63,999 bases of DNA, filler included, from Octopus bimaculoides (GCF_001194135.2; 7 parts of 7 records of this genome joined end to end with filler, not necessarily neighbours in it), one strand, 5' to 3'. Positions 12,766 through 25,859 are shown, counted from the first letter of the whole stretch. A program made the numbers and translations. Notes: generated by a model not told the origin, from the letters alone.

Positions 12766-13659
12766 TTCAAATCCATAACTAATGTGCTCCCACGAAACAT
12801 AATCTTTGCAAACGCTAAATAATGCGCGGTAATAAATGTAATGGCATACCATGGAGTCTTAACTTATTGAGGGAGTCGTTCGGGCACCTTCGTGCAATGC
12901 AGCATCAGGATTTAGAGTCACACACAAGAAGGTCACAGTACATGGTTAGTACTTTATCCATCCGCTTCGAAATAATGCAACGCATACACACATACATACA
13001 TACACACACACACACACAAACAAACACACACTCATACACAACTACTGAAACACATATGCACACAGACATATAGATAAATACTTATAAACATGCTTATAAA
13101 CATACAGAGAAATATAGATATTTACGTATATAAATGCTTACATATGAACACAGTGTTGTTTAAAGAAACACAGTTCTAGTGTTAATTTTCTAATATTAAT
13201 TAAATAAATTCGTAATTGTTGTATTGGACTTTTGCAAAGGACTTTTCTAAACATTGTTAGTATACCAACGTTCGGAAATTAATCACATTTCTAATCGCGG
13301 TATGTAATGGTCACGGCCTTTTCAGCTTTCTCATCAAAGTAACAAGAATAACAATGAAAATTTATAAACAAAAATACACAACCAGTCATCATTCGATTCT
13401 ACGCTCACTTAGCCTAGTTATATGTAGTTATCTGTACACGTACGTTGCGTAGGCAGTCACAAAATTATAAATTTTTCCGAACTGAAGTCATTGAATGTTA
13501 AAATATATATAAATATGACAGCTGCCAATTCCAGAGTAGAAAAAAGTTTTTAAAAAATAGAAAAGAAAGGTAAGACAGTAACATACGACAGAAAGAACGA
13601 GTATAAAATACAATTATTATAGCAACTCATTTTTACAATTAAAGTGGTTTAATTTTTCC

Positions 13660-14460
13660 ATTGTCCATTGTTGTTGTCGTTGTTGGTGGTGGTAGTTGTG
13701 GTGGTGCAGTGTAAATAGAGACAACATCAATTTTGTGTATGACTGAATTCTATATCTGTTTTAATTCTACTACAATCTTTCTCACTCTTACCATTTTAAT
13801 GAAAATATTTATTAACATCACTATCGACGTTATTAGAAGTAGCCTTCAATTCGACATAACTGTTACCACTACTTCTACAAGTATCCTCAAGGCTATTCGA
13901 ATCTATACCAACATTAGAAGTGTCACCATCATCAAGAAGATTATCACCTGTGTCATTAATTAATTGAGCAGTACTCCCAATAAGGTTCGGCATAGTATGA
14001 CGTCAATGAAAGTAGGTAAATAGCAACAACAGCACGGCCATCGGCATGGCCAGCACCAATAGCAACAACAACGAACGAAAAACATTAGCACCGCTGTCAC
14101 CAATAAGAAAACCATCACCGTTGCTATAATTATTGCAACTAACAGCAGCAATGACAAAAAATAACAGTAAAAACGACTACGAAAACAGCAGCAACGAAAT
14201 TATCAGGTGATTACAGCCACTACAAGAACAAACCCCACTGCCAGCACCACAGCCATTCACTCTCAGCATTTTTCAACCTTCACCAACATCTCTATTAACT
14301 ACAGCCATCGCTTTTAACAGTAGAAGCTTCAATAACATTACAAAATAAATTTAGATTATATTTACAATCACCGCCACTGCTACCACAATCAATAAAGTTA
14401 TCACAACCACCACCACCACCAGAAGCACTTCAGATAACAACAAGAACAGCTACAACATCA
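13660..14460. repeat. Decayed trinucleotide (CAA/CAC/CAT-type) low-complexity tract
   Basis: Imperfect acc/aac/atc periodicity with no coherent ORF. Confidence 0.6.
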
Positions 14461-15158
14461 TCACATAGCTTCGTTTCTATCGTTAATATGATTTCTCTGA
14501 GAGAGAAAGCAAGACAAAATTCTATTATTTTAAATTCCAATATTTACTCAACAAAATACGTTATACTTCAATTCAATGCTGAAATATTCCTTTTTCAGAA
14601 ATCTAGTTCTAGTCTAGTCTTGGTTCTAATTTAGCATTACAATTACAATATTCGAAGAATTATTATTGTATGTGCACGTACGCGCATGTGTGGTCAGCAT
14701 GCATACACACCTATCAACATACTTAAATACAGGCATGTACATATGTTTAAGCATGATTATGCATATATTATCATATATTAGGATGCTCGTCTCTTTTTTG
14801 TCAAATAACAACGCATACTATACACTCGTTCTTCACCACAGAGGTATCATTATTCTTATCCGAGTGACCATTGTTCAAAATCTTTCGTCACACATCATTT
14901 GATCTCTTCGACGATTCTCCAACCCCCGTGTATCGTCCTTTCTTTTTTAGGCCACTCTGACTTTCTGTGGTGTGTATCTGTTTATGTATGTGTGCGTGCG
15001 TGCGCATAAATATATATACCTGCATATATATCTAGATTCATAGCTGTCTATATATATCTATATTTAAAAAGATATTATTTTGACATAATAGACCTCACAA
15101 GTTCATCTAAAGAATCTTGCCGACTGAATACAGAAATGAAATATGTACATATATTTTA

Positions 15159-15193
<35 letters not shown>

Positions 15194-15196
<3 letters not shown>

Positions 15197-15453
15197 CTTC
15201 TCACGGACGTGCTGTCACATCGGCTGCGAAGGTAAACGTTTATTTGACCTTTTACTGTCCACATTTTGTTGGAATTTTTTAATAATTTTGTTGCGAAGCA
15301 CCTAGGCTTCATTTGTGTGTATTTTCAAGGGCAGGAATTGACCCCCAGGGGCAGTTTCGGCCCTAGCAAAATACAAAAATTTCCTTCTTGACATTTGAAA
15401 AATGTCGAGAAACATAATTTTGGAACGCTTGTCTTGTTCTTTTGACAAGCATT
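15194..15453 (+). repeat. Young interspersed repeat starting after (TATC)n, truncated by scaffold end
   Basis: 15194-15412 matches 42761-42979 with 4 substitutions in 219 nt. Confidence 0.85.
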
Positions 15454-15553
15454 NNNNNNNNNNNNNNNNNNNNNNNNNNNNNNNNNNNNNNNNNNNNTTA
15501 ATTAATTAANNNNNNNNNNNNNNNNNNNNNNNNNNNNNNNNNNNNNNNNNNNN
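15454..15553. other. Artificial scaffold linker
   Basis: N44-TTAATTAATTAA(15498-15509)-N44. Confidence 0.97.
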
Positions 15554-15605
<52 letters not shown>

Positions 15606-16911
15606 TGGAGTATATAAAATATCAAAAACAAAGTGATCGACGATAATTGTGATTTCAATTAGTAGTAGGTTTTGAAACTCCCAAATCATGTACAGTTGCA
15701 ATAAATGCGGTTGGAAAACAGCTTGCTTGTGCGCTTGTGGTGTCTGTGGGGGTGTGTATGTGTGTGTGGGCGTGCGTGCGTGTAATTGGTTAAATCGATC
15801 TTGAAGGTCACTGTCATAATACAATTACTTTCAACAGTCGTTTCATTTGGAATAAACATCATTATTCTGTAACTGGATAATTAAGATACATAATTAATGA
15901 ATATAAAATTAATTTAAATACTAGCTATATTATCCCAGCTACTTGTAATATGACGACATGGCATAACCATTGCTTTAAGTTTATTTAATTTTAATGTATT
16001 ATATTAATTTGTTTTATAGCTTTATAACGTACTTATGGAATTAATATATATCACTAATTGAAATAGCTGTTGAAAGCAATAATATAATGATCGACCTGTG
16101 AAAATTACGTTTTATTTGTAGGTTATATATATATATATATATNNNNNNNNNNNNNNNNNNNNNNNNNNNNNNNNNNNNNNNNNNNNNNNNNNNNNNNNNN
16201 NNNNNNNNNNNNNNNNNNNNNNNNNNNNNNNNNNNNNNNNNNNNNNNNNNNNNNNNNNNNNNNNNNNNNNNNNNNNNNNNNNNNNNNNNNNNNNNNNNNN
16301 NNNNNNNNNNNNNNNNNNNNNNNNNNNNNNNNNNNNNNNNNNNNNNNNNNNNNNNNNNNNNNNNNNNNNNNNNNNNNNNNNNNNNNNNNNNNNNNNNNNN
16401 NNNNNNNNNNNNNNNNNNNNNNNNNNNNNNNNNNNNNNNNNNNNNNNNNNNNNNNNNNNNNNNNNNNNNNNNNNNNNNNNNNNNNNNNNNNNNNNNNNNN
16501 NNNNNNNNNNNNNNNNNNNNNNNNNNNNNNNNNNNNNNNNNNNNNNNNNNNNNNNNNNNNNNNNNNNNNNNNNNNNNNNNNNNNNNNNNNNNNNNNNNNN
16601 NNNNNNNNNNNNNNNNNNNNNNNNNNNNNNNNNNNNNNNNNNNNNNNNNNNNNNNNNNNNNNNNNNNNNNNNNNNNNNNNNNNNNNNNNNNNNNNNNNNN
16701 NNNNNNNNNNNNNNNNNNNNNNNNNNNNNNNNNNNNNNNNNNNNNNNNNNNNNNNNNNNNNNNNNNNNNNNNNNNNNNNNNNNNNNNNNNNNNNNNNNNN
16801 NNNNNNNNNNNNNNNNNNNNNNNNNNNNNNNNNNNNNNNNNNNNNNNNNNNNNNNNNNNNNNNNNNNNNNNNNNNNNNNNNNNNNNNNNNNNNNNNNNNN
16901 NNNNNNNNNNN

Positions 16912-16912
16912 T

Positions 16913-16945
<33 letters not shown>

Positions 16946-17021
16946 CTTCTTCTTCTTCTTCTTCTTCTTCTTCTTCTTCTTCTTCTTCTTCTTCTTCTTC
17001 TTCTTCTTCTTCTTCTTCTTC

Positions 17022-17064
<43 letters not shown>
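16912..17064. repeat. Compound (TTG)n(TTC)n(TTA)n microsatellite
   Basis: Same order and same irregular junction TTCTTTTTATTA as 18104-18252. Confidence 0.9.
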
Positions 17065-17392
17065 GATTAATACGCTTGACGCACAGCATTTGTTGCTAGT
17101 GGCGTAATACCGGTACCAGCTGTCAACTATCAAGGGACTGAGGTGGTACCTTCAATTGTCAAGCACTTTTCTAAATATTCTTGCAGTTCCAAGGAATTAT
17201 GTATTATGTAAGCGCCTCACGCTGATGTTGTCTTCGATTTCTTTTTAAATAGTTTTCACTTCTGGCGCTCACAGTACCAAGCGCCCCGACAACAACTGGC
17301 AACACCAACCTTTTCCATTCCCCACAAATGTTCTATCTACCAAGCTGGCAGTTCATATATCTCAATCTTCAAGTCTTTGTTCCAAAGCTTAA
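17065..17392 (-). mobile_element. 3' end of REL-endonuclease LINE (R4/Dong-like), followed by (TAA)n
   Basis: Minus translation KDLKIEIYELPA..EWKRLVLPVVVGALGTVS..YLK matches the K.eKY.dL..W...vvPvViGALGtv REL C-terminal pattern; 3' end abuts (TAA)n. Confidence 0.7.
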
Positions 17393-17413
17393 TCATCTAG
17401 ACAACCCAGATTT

Positions 17414-17524
17414 AGGCGCAGGAGTGGCTGTGTGGTAAGTAACTCGTTTACCAACCACATGGTTACGGTTCAGCCCCACTACGTGGCACTTTGGGCAAGT
17501 GTCTTCTACTATAGCCTCGGGCCG
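17414..17524 (+). mobile_element. SINE family A head (tRNA-like), cut by gap
   Basis: ggcgcaggagtggctgtgtggtaag (A-box-like), ggttcagcccc (B-box-like), ggcactttgggcaagtgtcttctactatagcctcgggccg. Confidence 0.88.
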
Positions 17525-17629
17525 NNNNNNNNNNTAGATAGATAGATAGATAGATACATACATACATACATATAAACATACACACACAGAGATATATATG
17601 TGTATATTCATACATACATATTAAAACTG

Positions 17630-17700
17630 ACATTCATGTTACAGCGACGACTGTTTCAGTTGATCCGCTCAACAGAAAACCTGGTCGTTATATTAATCTA
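17630..17700 (-). mobile_element. SINE family C tail fragment
   Basis: Reverse complement resembles gttaatttcacgagc..gttgatcggatcaactggaacc..gtcgtaa at 36970-37030. Confidence 0.5.
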
Positions 17701-17897
17701 TACGTATGTATGTATGAATATATGTATGTTATTAATCAGTTTCATTTCTGTATTTCTTGTCCATAGAGAAAGAGCCGGACTCTAACATAAATTCAAGGCT
17801 CCTTCATTGGAACTTTTATCAACATCATCTAGGTATGTGTGCATATGTGTGTGTGTGTGTGTGCAGTATTTGGTGTTTATGTATGTATGTATGTATG

Positions 17898-18087
17898 TAG
17901 CAAGCCGGGGGAAATTCTTATCGGTATTTCGTTCGTCGCTACGTTCTGAGTTCAAATTCCACCGAGGTTGACTTTGCCTTTCCTCCTTTCGGGGTCGATA
18001 AATTAAGTATTAGTGAAACACTGGGGTCCATGAAATCGACTTATCATTCCGCCAGAATTGATTGCCTTGTGGAAAAGTTTGAAACCA
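17898..18087 (+). mobile_element. SINE family B
   Basis: cggtatttcgttcgtcgctacgttctgagttcaaattccaccgaggttgactttgcctttc..ggggtcgataaattaagta..gccttgtggaaaagtttgaaacc. Confidence 0.8.
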
Positions 18088-18107
18088 TTATCATTATTAT
18101 TATTATT

Positions 18108-18143
<36 letters not shown>

Positions 18144-18213
18144 CTTCTTCTTCTTCTTCTTCTTCTTCTTCTTCTTCTTCTTCTTCTTCTTCTTCTTCTT
18201 CTTCTTCTTCTTC

Positions 18214-18252
<39 letters not shown>

Positions 18253-18718
18253 NNNNNNNNNNNNNNNNNNNNNNNNNNNNNNNNNNNNNNNNNNNNNNNN
18301 NNNNNNNNNNNNNNNNNNNNNNNNNNNNNNNNNNNNNNNNNNNNNNNNNNNNNNNNNNNNNNNNNNNNNNNNNNNNNNNNNNNNNNNNNNNNNNNNNNNN
18401 NNNNNNNNNNNNNNNNNNNNNNNNNNNNNNNNNNNNNNNNNNNNNNNNNNNNNNNNNNNNNNNNNNNNNNNNNNNNNNNNNNNNNNNNNNNNNNNNNNNN
18501 NNNNNNNNNNNNNNNNNNNNNNNNNNNNNNNNNNNNNNNNNNNNNNNNNNNNNNNNNNNNNNNNNNNNNNNNNNNNNNNNNNNNNNNNNNNNNNNNNNNN
18601 NNNNNNNNNNNNNNNNNNNNNNNNNNNNNNNNNNNNNNNNNNNNNNNNNNNNNNNNNNNNNNNNNNNNNNNNNNNNNNNNNNNNNNNNNNNNNNNNNNNN
18701 NNNNNNNNNNNNNNNNNN

Positions 18719-18935
18719 TGTGTGTGTGTGTGTTTGTCCCCCCTCTCAACATCGCTTGACAACCGATGCTGGTGTGTTTACGTCCCCGTAACTTAGCGGT
18801 TCGGCAAAAGAGATCGATAGAATAAGTACTAGGCTTACAAAGAATAAGTCCTGGGGTCGATTTGCTCGACTAAAGGCGGTGCTCCAGCATGGCCGCTGTC
18901 AAATGATTGAAACAAGTAAAAGAGTAAAGGAGTAA
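18719..18935 (+). mobile_element. SINE family A body/3' end
   Basis: tgtttgtccccc..catcgcttgacaaccgatgctggtgtgtttacgtccccgtaacttagcgg..aaatgattgaaacaagtaaaagagtaaa. Confidence 0.88.
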
Positions 18936-19239
18936 TCAAAGACTGTTTGTTGACTTTGTTAATCATCATAACATCAGGTTTGTGATGTTCATCTTCAATA
19001 GCAAAATTGTATCATAAAGTCCCTTAAAATCATTTTCTACAACCTATTTTGATTTGTGCTCATACAATTGGCTTGCTCTTTCAAGACTGTATTTTCTGCA
19101 TAACTCCCATTGAACGATTTTCGTTAGATTATCATGGCGTCGCTTGTATTTACCGAATTCCCTTTCGAAGATTATTCTTTCCTGGATTATTGGACAAAAA
19201 TAATTTTTGACAGTTTATATTGTATTGTTACCCGTTTTT

Positions 19240-22200
19240 TAAAACAGCCCAGAAAGTGACAAAAAGAGGTGCTCCCCGGAGTAGTGGTAGCAGCAAAATC
19301 GAAATCACAAACAAACAACTCCTGCAACTTATTTATAATTGTGAAAACACATTAAAAACAAAATTAAAGAGTATGAAAATTAAACAGACATAGCTTGAAG
19401 CATAAATAAGCACTTACAGCTGCTAAAGCGTAAACACAAACAAGAAATATAGTTGAAAACATAAATGTTAATGAAAAAAGACATTACATCTAATATGGAC
19501 TACTACGACGATACCTTCTTCTCCGACAACATTTCAAATATTTGTTCCTTTGCAAATCCTTGTTGGTCGTAAGGAGCGCGTCGATTTCAGTTGATTGAAA
19601 GGAAAGATTTATGTCGAGAAAGACTGAAGCACTTTGACCCCAAAATTTACTTAGGAAAAGATAGGAGGGGAGTGACATACATCTGTCATCCAAATAAAGA
19701 ATTAAGATTCCATATGTCCTCGACAGAACAAACGGAGGCAGTTCGGGCCGATGTGTAGAGAATGTGTACTTCATCGACCCGGTTGGAAATACAAGTGTAA
19801 ACGCCTGGTGTATCGTAATCTGTGCAGTGCAGGACCCAGAGTCACACCTAGAGGTAAAAAGGAGCAGCACAGAGAACTGGTTAAAAAGTGAAAAGGCAAA
19901 GGAACAAGAAAATAAAAGAACCTACATCAACACCCGAAAACACAGAAACCCTCAATACATCGAACATAGACACAGCAAAAACAATACCAGCACAACGATC
20001 GCCACAACCACCACTACCCCAACCAAGCCCAATAATGCACCCACCACAACCGCACATAACCCCCAAAAGAAAGCTCACAGTCAATACGGAATCACTGAAT
20101 TATGTGCTCGTGAGGAGAGACAACAAATATTCGTTGGCTATCATAGCCAAAAACAAGCAACTTGAGAGAGAGGGTGCAATTTATGACACCAGCGCCTTTA
20201 GGGTTCCGGATCATTTAATGTTTATATGGTTACCTCTCAAAGTATACAAAGGAATTTAGAGGGACTTCCCGCATGACGTGGGAAGGCCAAAAATTCCGCG
20301 CCACCAATAGGCTTTTAGCCGGTTTTCCAGAGGAACCAGATCCGGATCCCGGGTCACCGGGCTGCCGACAGCACCAGAAGGGTGAGTAACCCCGCTTTTT
20401 TTCTTTTCTTCAACCCTTTCGAGCCGTCATGGTTATTGTCAGAGTGGACTGCATAAATGTTCGCGGCCTGAGGTCACACTGGAAGCAAGGTCGCTTTCTC
20501 AATGACCTCAGTTCGCTTGGTTTGGATGTGATAGCAGCCAGGGAGACTAGCATTTCCGATACACACGATCTTGCACCCATTTTCGATGATTATAAAATCT
20601 ACGCATCTCTTAGTCGGCCCGGTATGGGTGACGGGGTAGCAGTGCTGTTTAGGAAACGCCTGAATCTTGAAGTACGGATGATCTTCCTGGCCAGGATGTT
20701 AAGTTGGTGGTCCTGGATTTAAGTGACAGTGAAGGTCGTGCCCCACATTGGTGGGGCAGCCAGATTTCTTCAGACGCTTGGAGGTTTTCCTTGGGATGTC
20801 ATGCTCTTTAATGTTAGTGAGTGATTGGAATGCCATCTTGGATGCCTGCCTGGGTAGGGTGGGGCTAGCTGATAGGAGGGGAAAGTAAAAACCTCACGAA
20901 CCTGCTCAGCCGCTTCCTGTTGGCTGACGAGTACCGACGAGATTTCTTCATATGCCAATGTCGACGTGGGTGAACTGCATGGGGTCTTCCAGATCGTATA
21001 TAGGAAGAGAAATTTGTAGGCTTGTAGACAGAAGTAGTATATGTTGTCAACGTTTCAAAGTCGTCGGCTATACGGACCATGAATTTGTGATCTCTCCGGT
21101 CGACATAGATAGGATCCATAGACAGTGCCCCGGATACAGGAAGCCGAACGGATCCGTCACGGCGCACCAGGCTTTCAGAGACCGGGTTAGCCAGTTAGTC
21201 CATCGAGAGTTGGCGGGCATAATTGTTAACAGCCGTTGGGGGATAGCCTTTAAAAGGGCTATTAGAGTAGAAGCGGTAGGCTTTAGTAAGACAATAGGGA
21301 TATAGGAATGTAGGATAGAGGGAGACCTGGTAAGGAAGCTATAAGAGGCTCATAGGAAAGGCATAGAGACCGACGTGCTGGCGGCGAGATCACGAAGGTT
21401 GCGTTGTCAGAGTTAGGGCGCGTGCAATGAGACAGGAGGGGACGAAAGTTGTTCGATGGACCCGAATGGTAGAGGCGCTTTGTGGAAACAAAACAACAAT
21501 TCAGTCTGTAGCGAATAAACGAGTCCAAGCAGATGTGTGCGGAATTTCAGCGGCATTTCGCCAAACTGTATGGGGCATGAGGTGGTTCTGGGACGGTGGT
21601 GGATTTCACTTCCTATCTCAGTTGCATGCTGTGCATCTCAGTCAGAGATGCGGAGTTCTGCGAGATGCCTACAACTGCCGAAGATATACGGGTGCAATGA
21701 AGGGCTGCGCAAGGGAGAAGTCTCCGAGGTGGGATGGTCTACCTTTCGAGCTTTATTTTCGTATGGCAGACTTGTTCGATGGTTTCTTGGCAGACGCCTA
21801 CCACAACTGGCAGCAAAACGGGAGAATTCCCAGTACTGTGAGTCGTGGAATGGTGGTGCAGTTGAGGAAGGACGCGAACAAGGGTGACAAATTTCATAAT
21901 TTTAGGTCTATAACTCTGCTGAATGCAGATTATAAGATTTCGGCCAAGGTGTTAGCCAAGAATTTGGCGCTTGTCGATAAGTTAGTTGGTGACGCGCAGA
22001 CATGCGCTATCCCAAACAGAATTATCCACGACAACCTGCACCTCACTCTCTACACCATAGAGAGAGAGAGTGGGTAAGGAACCTGGTTGGGGTGGGGGCC
22101 CTGATGAGTTTGGATCAGTCGAAAGCTTTTCATAGGGTAGACCAGTACTCGGAGACTGTTCTCGCAGCAGTGGGTTTCGGTCCCGTGTTCACAAGCTGGA

Positions 22201-23040
22201 TTGTTGCAACGTACAGCGACATCTGTTCAGTGGTCAAAGTAAATGGCTAACTTTCGGAATCGTTTAGCATCAAGGATGTCCACTCTCGCCTCTTCTGTAC
22301 GTACTCGCTCTTGAGATATTGCTGCGGAAGCTGGAAGTTTCAAGGAGTATCCCGCATAATCTAAGATGCGGAAGGATCGTTTCGGCTTACACGGACGACG
22401 TCACCATAATAGTGTCAGCCATCTCGGAAATCGAGGTGGTCGGCACTGTACCAAGGGAGTACAAATCGGTGACGGGAGAAAAGGTCAACCAGGAGAAGTT
22501 GGTGGGCCCACATCTCAAATCCAACCGACTGCGTTGTAAGGCGCTGGACGGAAGAACCGGTTAAATTTGTATGGTCCAGACCTCCAGGTGGAAAAGAACT
22601 ATGGGGAGGTGACGAGCAGGATAGCCAATCCCAAACAGAAATGAGCAGAGAAGATGCAGTCCCTAAAGGGTCGGGTGAAGGTGACGAATGCGTACATCGC
22701 TTCTGTCATCTAGTACCACCTGATTATCATCCCTTGCCCCACTTCGTACCTGATAAAGTTGGAGCACTTACACTTCCACTTCCTATGGAACGGGCGTGTT
22801 CTGCCCTTCAGACGGTCAATCTGCTGTCAACAGCCGCTGAGTGGAGGACTGGGCATGCCGAGGCTAATGGCGTGCAGACATACGCTGAGGCTGCAGCATC
22901 TCTAGCGTTTCCTTAACGGTGAGAAGGTGTGGTCGCTGTTCGTCAAAAGGGACTGTACGCAGCTCGTCTCATTGATTGAGCTACAGTTCTGGGTCAAGCG
23001 CCGACCGAAAATAGGCACTTGACACTACAGCCTACCCTTC
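19240..23040 (+). mobile_element. Long L1-superfamily (Tx1-like) LINE, degenerate; probable ORF1 remnants at ~19470-20390, ORF2 from 20429
   Basis: GC-richer block; ORF2 has APE and RT motifs. 5' boundary and ORF1 are approximate; 3' end appears truncated. Confidence 0.85.
20429..23030 (+). pseudogene. Tx1/L1-type ORF2 (AP endonuclease + reverse transcriptase) pseudogene
   Basis: APE start MVIVRVDCINVRGL..LDVIAARET; RT motifs SPRWDGLPFELY, NFRSITLLNADYKI, LDQSKAFHRVD, SAYTDDVTI; post-RT SLKGRVK and GGLGMP; many stops and frameshifts. Confidence 0.9.
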
Positions 23041-23213
23041 TTACTCTGAATTTGCATGAGAATTACGTCTAAAAAACTGTCGCGTACAAGCTAACTCAAT
23101 AAGCGGTTGAACCAAGAGTTAAATGTCCATTGAACTGAGATACATTACATATATGTACGTGGTGTGTGGGTTCGTATCTGTCTGTGTGTGAATGTGAATG
23201 TGAATATGTGTGT

Positions 23214-23324
<111 letters not shown>

Positions 23325-23384
23325 TTTGTGATTTCCTGAGGTTAAATATATGATATACATGATGACGTAAAAATGTTATCGAGA

Positions 23385-23615
23385 TCGTTAATGCGACGAC
23401 CTCACAGATCGTCCACATGCTGACTGACTTGTTCATTTCAATAAGGTTTTATTTTCTAAGCTCATCTACGGGGATCCGAACCATTGGGGAACTGACCCAG
23501 GAGATCGGATACTATCGCCCGTCACGTTTTTTACTCGATGGGTAAAATCTATAAACTTAATGCATGGGTGCTGCACGCTCTGAACGAAAGAGACAAACTC
23601 CAGTGCTTCTCTATT
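23385..23615 (+). mobile_element. Mariner transposase fragment, third lineage
   Basis: DLTDRPHAD (DLED.PRSGRP-like) and MGKIYKLNAWVLHALNERDKLQCF (WVPHEL motif). Confidence 0.65.
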
Positions 23616-24378
23616 GGCGCGCGTGTGTGTGTATTTCTTAAGAATAAATATATTTTATACAGGATAACATATAATCAAAGTTATGAAGAGCGTTAGTTCG
23701 ACGACCCTGAAACAATTTCTTAAAGTTGATTTCGTTTAACGTTTCTACGTAGACGATGCGAAAGCGATTAGATTTCCGTAACGAAAAACGTTTATACTGA
23801 GGAGCAGGCTTTTACATAAAGTAGGTGTTGGATTTGACTATGTAATAAATATACGCACCTATCAGTTTAGGACAATTTGAAATATCGATTAACACTGAAA
23901 TAGGATATTGATTGCAAAGCGTAAGGCAATTTTATTTTAATGGAGAAGAAAATAGAGGAAACAATAGAAAAAAGAAGAAAGGGTTTCTACTTCAGTATCG
24001 AAAGTTCTTCTATGAAATATGAGAAACTAAGTTAGCAGCAAAATTGTCGTATTTAGAACATGAAACTTATATTTAAAGCCTGTTTTTATATTCACATACG
24101 CATAAGCTCACACACACACACACACGCGCACACACACACACACACGAGCACGCATACACACACTAAGAATATTGTATACAGGCACATAAGTGAGTGCACG
24201 CGTATATTTATGTTTTTTTTTGTGTGTGTATGTATATGTATGCATGAGCATACATGTGAGTTCATGAGCATATATAAATATGTTGCACATATAGTTATAT
24301 ACACATATGCATGCACATATATACGTTTACGCGCGGGCGCTCACACATACACACACATATATATTTATTTATTTATTT

Positions 24379-24758
24379 GCGGCTGTGCGATTAGAAACTT
24401 CCTTCCCAACCACATGGTTCTGGGTTCAGTCCTGCTGCGTAGCGCCTTGGGCAAGCGCATTCTACTACAGTCTCGGGCCGACTAAAGCCTTGTGAGTGGA
24501 TTTGGAAACTGAAAGAAGCCTGTCGTAATATATATGTGTGTATTTGTGTGTCTGTGCTTGTCCCCCCGCCATCATTTGACAACCGATGTTGGTATGTTCA
24601 CGTCCCCGTAACCTAGCGGTTTGGCAAAAAACCGATAGAAGAAGTACTACACTTACAAAGAATAAGTCCTGGGATCGATTTGGTCCACTAAAAACCGTCC
24701 TCCAGTATGGCCACAGTCAAATGACTGAAACAAGTAAAAGGATAAAAGAGTAAAAGAA
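24379..24758 (+). mobile_element. SINE family A, near full length
   Basis: Head ggctgtgcgattagaaac..gggttcagtcc, internal TA/TG tract, body, tail gaaacaagtaaaaggataaaagagtaaaag. Confidence 0.88.
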
Positions 24759-24825
24759 TATATATATATACATACGCAATATATATTCATATACGTATAT
24801 GTATATATTGATATGCATATTTACT

Positions 24826-24915
<90 letters not shown>

Positions 24916-25012
24916 CATCTATATGCATAGATTTACGGCGATAGATACAGAATTGATGGTGTTTGCATATTTAAATATATACGTACACTCATGCACTCCA
25001 GTATTTATATAT

Positions 25013-25171
25013 ATACGACGGGCTTCTTTCAGTTTCCGTCTACCAAATCTGTTCAGAAGACCCGGTCGGCCAGAAGCTATAGTAGAAGACAATTACTTAC
25101 GGTTCCACGCAGTGGGACTGAACCTGGCTGGTTGGGAAACAAGGTTCTTACAACACAGCCATGCCTGCACC
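25013..25171 (-). mobile_element. SINE family A head, minus strand
   Basis: Reverse complement gtgcaggcatggctgtgttgtaagaacc..ggttcagtcccactgcgtgg..gaaactgaaagaagcccgtcgta. Confidence 0.82.
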
Positions 25172-25187
25172 AATATATATATATATG

Positions 25188-25238
<51 letters not shown>

Positions 25239-25859
25239 GCGTGCGTGCGTGTGTGTGTGTGTGAGTTTTGAGTGATATATTATCCGGATGGATAATATGC
25301 ATATATGTGTATATATATACGTGTATGTATTCATATATACATGCTTATATTAATATACATATGCTGTCGTGATGGTGGTGGTGGTGGTATATGTATGTTC
25401 CTGTTAGTGGTTGTATACGTGCGCATTTATGTATGACAACGATGTACATGAACGTAGGCATTCGAATTTTAGTGCAAGTAAACATAGTATTTCATGAAAA
25501 CATTTCTCGAAATCTTTTCTAGTAATCGTTGCGAGGATTCTATTTCTGCCTTTTCGCATGAAATATCATACAACGCACAGAATTTAAGAATTATTGACCG
25601 TAAGTTACATCTTCATAATTCTTCTATTACTAAACCCTAATTCACCTTCGGAGAATTACACTTTTAAGTTCACATTGTAAAGCAATTGTTTAAGTCGAGA
25701 AATATTTTGCATAATAGACTGGAATTTAACTGTCTAGAAGAGTTAGCTTTCTATATCAAAGAGAAGTAATAACCGTCTTTAAAATAACATGAAATCGGTT
25801 TCAGAGTGCTCTACTCGAAGCATATCAATTCAGATGCTTAAGTCATATGTCTTGCAGCA

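Noticed and set aside
15600-15640. TA-CAGTGG as a Tc1 TIR start
   Set aside because: No matching right TIR or transposase found on this scaffold piece.
22102-22140. CTGATGA..GAAA hammerhead-like word
   Set aside because: Lies in LINE RT coding sequence (ALMSLDQSKAF); no stem I or convincing stem II.
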